A DNA stretch of 64,000 nt from contig CAVSEY010000001.1 of the NCBI GenBank assembly GCA_963727035.1, forward strand, positions 9,362 through 73,361, in the 5' to 3' direction. The position numbers and the translations under genes are program-made. Every line of letters starts with the position of its first letter. Positions within the stretch are counted from its first letter, which is position 1. The notes under the pieces were generated by a model. The model was given only the letters and a program-made list of their open reading frames with translations. It was not told where the DNA came from and ran no database searches. The stretch comes from an uncultured Pseudomonadota bacterium. GTDB taxonomy: Bacteria; Pseudomonadota; Alphaproteobacteria; Rhizobiales; Beijerinckiaceae. This document shows, piece after piece, positions 59,979 to 64,000 of this stretch.

Positions 59979-60809
59979 TCAGGGCGCGGACGCATAGGGC
60001 GGGCAATGCAGCCCGCGCGGCGAAAGCGTGAAGATTTCGCAGCCGTCCGCGGTTACGCCGATCGCATGTTCGAACTGGGCGGAAAGCGAGCGGTCGCGGG
60101 TCACGGCGGTCCAGCCGTCGGAGAGGATCTTCACCTGCGGCTTGCCGAGATTGATCATCGGCTCGATGGTGAAGAACATGCCCTCGCGCAGCGGAATGCC
60201 TTGGCCCTCTTGTCCGTAGTGCAGGATATTGGGCTCGTCGTGGAACAGACGGCCAAGTCCGTGGCCGCAGAATTCGCGCACCACCGAGCAACGCTCCGAT
60301 TCGGCGAAAGCCTGGATGGCGTAGCCGATGTCGCCGGTGGTGGCGCCCGGCTTGACCACGGCGATCCCGCGCATCAAGGCCTCATAGGTCACTTCGCACA
60401 GGCGCTGCGCCCGGCGCGGAACCTCGCCGATATAATACATCCGGCTCGAATCGCCGTGCCAGCCGTCGACGATATAGGTTACGTCGATATTGACGATGTC
60501 GCCCTCGCGCAGCGACCTGGAGTTGGGGATGCCGTGGCAGACGACATGGTTGATCGACGTGCAGATCGACTTGCGATAGCCGCGATAATCCAGCGGCGCC
60601 GGAAGGGCGCCGTGGTCCATGCCGAATTCATAGGCCAGCTTGTCGAGCGCGTCGGTGGTGACGCCGGGCTTGGCGGCCTCGACCATGAGGTCGAGGGCTT
60701 CGGCCGCGACCCGGCCGGCCTTGCGCATGCCTTCGAAGCCCTCCGGGCCGTGGATGCGGATATGGCCGGTCTTGCGGCTTGGCGACGAGTTGGCTTCGAT
60801 CAAAGTCAT
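59979..60809 (-). CDS. map: type I methionyl aminopeptidase
   Basis: ICTSINHVVCHGIP...GDIVNIDVT...GHGLGRLFHDEP...FTIEPM...QFEH. Start at ATG 60809. Confidence 0.9.
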   Translation of the reverse strand: MTLIEANSSPSRKTGHIRIHGPEGFEGMRKAGRVAAEALDLMVEAAKPGVTTDALDKLAYEFGMDHGALPAPLDYRGYRKSICTSINHVVCHGIPNSRSLREGDIVNIDVTYIVDGWHGDSSRMYYIGEVPRRAQRLCEVTYEALMRGIAVVKPGATTGDIGYAIQAFAESERCSVVREFCGHGLGRLFHDEPNILHYGQEGQGIPLREGMFFTIEPMINLGKPQVKILSDGWTAVTRDRSLSAQFEHAIGVTADGCEIFTLSPRGLHCPPYASAP

Positions 60810-61103
60810 TGAGCAATGGCGTCCTGCTGGGGCGGCTTTCCCGCCTTGATCTCCCTGACTCTCAGATTTAGCCCAAACGCGGCGCGGCGCAAGGGCGAGC
60901 TTCGCGTTGAGGGAATTCACCTGAAGCGGTCGGATTCACGATTTGGCGACCGGAAAGGCGCGGAAGGCGATCGCGCCACACTTCGCCTGATTTCCATCGC
61001 CGGTCATAAAATGCGGCCCGCGACTCTTATAATGCAGCCTGTTGCGTTGCGGCGGCGCATGCGCAAGACGGACGGCGTTCCCGTCAGGCGATGGACTTTC
61101 TTG

Positions 61104-61928
61104 TCAGGCGGCGAGTCCCGCCGGGGGCTCCGGTTCAACCACGGCGCGATAGACATGCCAGGTGGCGTGGCCGAGCAGAGGCAGGACGACCGCCAGGCCG
61201 AGCAGCGCCGTCACCAGGCCAAGCGCCAGCAACACAGCGATGGCGCCGGCCCAGGCGAGCATCGGCAGAGGGTTCTTCCTGACCGCCTTGACCGATGAAA
61301 TCATGGCGGTGGCGAAATCGACGTCGCGGTCGAGCAGCAGCGGGTAGGAGACGACGGTGATCGAAAAAATCGCGAAGGCGATCAGGCCGCCGAAAAAATT
61401 CCCGGTGAGGATGAAAAGGATTCCCTGCGATGTGGTCAGCGCGTGCTGGACGAAAGCCACGGGGTCCGGCATCTCCAACCCGTAGAACATCAGATAAAGG
61501 AAGGTGGCGAAATCGACCCAGATGATGAAGGCGAACAGCGACACCAGGCACATCCAGCCGAGATCGCGGCCGCCGCTCGCCTTGACCGAATCAAGCACGG
61601 CGCCCCAGGAGAGATTCTCTCCTTTTTCCAGTCGCCGGCTCACTTCGTAAAGCGCCGCCGCCGAAAAGGGCGTCACCAGCGCGACGCCGGTGAGCAGGGG
61701 ATAGGCGAGGAAATGCAGGCCATAGAGCCGCACCAGCAAAATCGTCAGCCAGCCGACCGCCACGTGCAGGCCGCCGACCGCGAGGCCATAGCGGGGCGCG
61801 GTCTTGAAGTCGTTCCAGCCCGCGGCCAAGGCCTGGTAAATATCGCGGTTTTGCAGTTTGCGAATGACGACGTCGCGCCGACCGTGCGGCGTGACGCCGG
61901 CCTCGGCCGGCTGGACGCTGTCGCTCAT
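61104..61928 (-). CDS. DUF2189-domain integral membrane protein
   Basis: VIRKLQNRDIYQALAAGWNDFKTAPRYGLAVGGLHVAVGW... followed by multiple transmembrane helices. Start at ATG 61928. Confidence 0.7.
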   Translation of the reverse strand: MSDSVQPAEAGVTPHGRRDVVIRKLQNRDIYQALAAGWNDFKTAPRYGLAVGGLHVAVGWLTILLVRLYGLHFLAYPLLTGVALVTPFSAAALYEVSRRLEKGENLSWGAVLDSVKASGGRDLGWMCLVSLFAFIIWVDFATFLYLMFYGLEMPDPVAFVQHALTTSQGILFILTGNFFGGLIAFAIFSITVVSYPLLLDRDVDFATAMISSVKAVRKNPLPMLAWAGAIAVLLALGLVTALLGLAVVLPLLGHATWHVYRAVVEPEPPAGLAA

Positions 61929-62046
61929 GTCTCCGCCCCCTGGCGTTCCGCGCGAGCGCCTGCTCGCGCGGATCATCATTCGTTTGAGATTGATCTGGAT
62001 CAAACGATTCGCAAGAGGCGGAACTCGAAAAGCCCTCGCTTTTCGT

Positions 62047-62445
62047 TTAGCGCGACAGGCCCTTTTCCTTCAGTTCGTCGAGATAGCTCTGCCAGATCGC
62101 GTCCTGGCGGGCGCCGAGGTCGTGGAGATAGACCCAGGTGAAGATGCCGGTGTCGTGCATGTCGTCGAATTGCAGCTTCACCGCGTAATTGCCGATTGGC
62201 TCGACGGCGAGAATCGTCACGTCGCGTTTTCCCGCGACCGTCTTGCGTTCGTCGGGCGAATGGCCCTGGACCTCGGCGCTGGGGCTCTCGACCCGCAAAA
62301 GCTCGGCGGGCAGGGCGAAGGAGTCGCCGCTCTCAAAAGTCACCTTGAGCGTTCTGCCCTTGTCGGCGAGCCGAATCTCGCTCGGCCAATTCGCGTCTAT
62401 CATTGCTTCACTCCCATCCAGCGCGTTAAAGAAACCGTGGCTCAT
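62047..62445 (-). CDS. DUF971 (gamma-butyrobetaine hydroxylase-like N-terminal domain) protein
   Basis: LKVTFESGDSFALPAELLRVESPSAEVQGH...VEPIGNYAVKLQFDDMHDTGIFTWVYL. An alternative start is at 62403. Confidence 0.7.
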   Translation of the reverse strand: MSHGFFNALDGSEAMIDANWPSEIRLADKGRTLKVTFESGDSFALPAELLRVESPSAEVQGHSPDERKTVAGKRDVTILAVEPIGNYAVKLQFDDMHDTGIFTWVYLHDLGARQDAIWQSYLDELKEKGLSR

Positions 62446-62659
62446 ATAGGCGTAACAACCTGATTTACAATCTCGTTATCGGATTTTGAGAAAAATTCCA
62501 AATTTGTCGTCCCGCCCCATTCTCATATTCATAATCCATGTTATCATCAGCGAAAATAATAATGACAGGGTCAGGTCGCGATCTCTCGGCAGGGGAGGTC
62601 CTGCCAATCACGCATGAGCCAACCGGCGGCGCAACTTGCCGCGTCGCGAAGGAGGACGT

Positions 62660-63943
62660 ATGTCACAGGAAGAAGCCAAATCCCAACACGCCACGCCGAT
62701 GCTGGACCAGCTTGAGAGCGGTCCGTGGCCGAGCTTTGTCACCGGCCTGAAGCGTCTGCGCGACAACGCCGGCGCGACTTATGCGCCGATGATGAACGAT
62801 CTTCTCGGCCAGCTTGAGCACTCCTATGAAGAGCGCCGCGGCTACTGGAAGGGCGGCACGGTTTCGGTTGTCGGTTACGGCGGCGGCGTGATTCCGCGCT
62901 TTTCGGAAGTGGGCGCCGAGTATCCGGCTTCGAAGGAATTCCACACCCTGCGCGTCCAGCCCCCGGCCGGCATGCATTATGACACCGACGTTCTGCGCAA
63001 GATGTGCGACGTCTGGGAGAAATATGGTTCGGGTCTGATCGCCTTCCACGGCCAGTCCGGCGACATCATGTTCCAGGGCTGCTCGAGCGAGAACGTCCAG
63101 CCGGCCTTCGACGAACTCAACGAAATGGGCTTCGACCTCGGCGGCGCCGGCCCGGCGCTGCGCACCTCGATGTCCTGCGTCGGTCATGCGCGCTGCGAAA
63201 CCTCCTGCTATGACGAGGTCAAGGCGCACCGCATGGTGATCAACGAGTTCCTGGACGAGATGCATCGTCCGGCGCTGCCCTACAAGTTCAAGTTCAAGTT
63301 CTCGGGCTGCGGCAACGACTGCGTGAACGCCATCCATCGCGCGGATTTCGCGGTGATCGGCACCTGGCGCGACGACATGAAGGTCAACCAGGACGGCGTG
63401 AAGGCCTATGTGGCGCGCGTCGGCCGCAAATATGCGATCGACCATGTGATCGCGATGTGCCCGACCCGCGCTCTGTCGCTGAACGACGACGACACGCTCG
63501 ACGTCGACAACAAGAGCTGCGTGCGTTGCATGCACTGCCTGAACGTCATGGGCGGCAAGGCCTTGCAGCCGGGCGATGACCGCGGCGCCAGCATCCTGGT
63601 CGGCGGCAAGCGCTCACTGAAGGTCGGCGACCTGATGGGCATCAACCTGATCCCGTTCTTCAAGCTGGAGACGGACGAGGACTACCAGAACCTCGTCGAT
63701 CTGGCGCGCCGGATGCTGGAGTTCTTCGCCGACAACGCGCTGGAGCACGAGCGCATCGGCGAGACGATCGACCGCATCGGCCTGCCGGCGTTCCTGGAGG
63801 CGCTGGAGATCAATCCGGACCCGAACATGGTCAGCCATCCGCGCACGTCGTGCTATGTCCGCACCGACGACTTCACCGACGAAGCGGAGAAATATTTCGA
63901 GCGCAAGGCCCGCGAGGCCGGGCTCGACGTCGCCGCCGACTGA
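62660..63943 (+). CDS. dsrA: dissimilatory-type sulfite reductase alpha subunit-like protein (DsrA, oxidative/reverse-type N-terminus)
   Basis: ATG at 62660 after an AAGGAGGA RBS. HATPMLDQLESGPWPSFVTGLKRL, a siroheme/Fe-S Cys pattern (CVGHARC-ETSC and KFKFSGCGNDC) and a ferredoxin insert (CPTRAL...CVRCMHC). Confidence 0.75.
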   Translation: MSQEEAKSQHATPMLDQLESGPWPSFVTGLKRLRDNAGATYAPMMNDLLGQLEHSYEERRGYWKGGTVSVVGYGGGVIPRFSEVGAEYPASKEFHTLRVQPPAGMHYDTDVLRKMCDVWEKYGSGLIAFHGQSGDIMFQGCSSENVQPAFDELNEMGFDLGGAGPALRTSMSCVGHARCETSCYDEVKAHRMVINEFLDEMHRPALPYKFKFKFSGCGNDCVNAIHRADFAVIGTWRDDMKVNQDGVKAYVARVGRKYAIDHVIAMCPTRALSLNDDDTLDVDNKSCVRCMHCLNVMGGKALQPGDDRGASILVGGKRSLKVGDLMGINLIPFFKLETDEDYQNLVDLARRMLEFFADNALEHERIGETIDRIGLPAFLEALEINPDPNMVSHPRTSCYVRTDDFTDEAEKYFERKAREAGLDVAAD

Positions 63944-63961
63944 CGCCGACGCCGAAAACAT

Positions 63962-63996
63962 CAGGCCCCGCCCGCAAGGCGGGGCCTGTTTGCTTT
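63962..63996 (+). terminator. rho-independent terminator immediately after dsrA
   Basis: Perfect 11-bp stem CAGGCCCCGCC / GGCGGGGCCTG with loop cgcaa, then TTTGCTTT. It starts 18 nt after the stop codon. Confidence 0.8.
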
Positions 63997-64000
63997 ATTG

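Overview
High-GC (about 65% by eye) chromosomal segment that looks alphaproteobacterial (Rhizobiales/Hyphomicrobiales-like gene content). This taxonomic call is an inference, not a database result. Most of the window is ordinary housekeeping: nrdJ, lrgAB, aat, a P450, vapBC, an HtrA-type protease, anmK, rpoZ, spoT/rel, pdxJ-acpS, a NarL-type two-component pair, maeB, an Mla-like ABC system, map and radC. Several things stand out. (1) A visibly low-GC islet at about 5.3-10.8 kb carries a roughly 1030-aa gene. Its N-terminus is a PNP/MTA-nucleosidase-like domain, followed by a degenerate STAND-like core and a helical C-terminus. An IS4-family element with a 9-bp target duplication cleanly splits this gene, and removing the IS restores the reading frame exactly. 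I rate it the best candidate for an uncharacterised conflict/defence module. (2) An AlkB-like hydroxylase gene is bracketed by a 56-bp exact direct repeat and by a repeated terminator module. (3) A 2379-aa membrane-anchored protein has two arrays of 44-aa (132-bp) repeats and resembles GPR/RgsE polar-growth scaffolds. (4) Three conserved genes (an sxtJ-like gene, nrdJ and a Nu-class GST) each carry an apparent 1-nt frameshift. (5) A second IS (IS1182 family), a Gly/Tyr/RGG-rich lipoprotein and a 33-bp tandem duplication at the pdxJ 3' end are present. (6) A reverse-type dsrA-like gene is followed immediately by a strong intrinsic terminator at the window edge. I found no rRNA, tRNA or CRISPR array. 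Many long ORFs in the track are antisense or off-frame shadows typical of high-GC DNA, and I did not call them.
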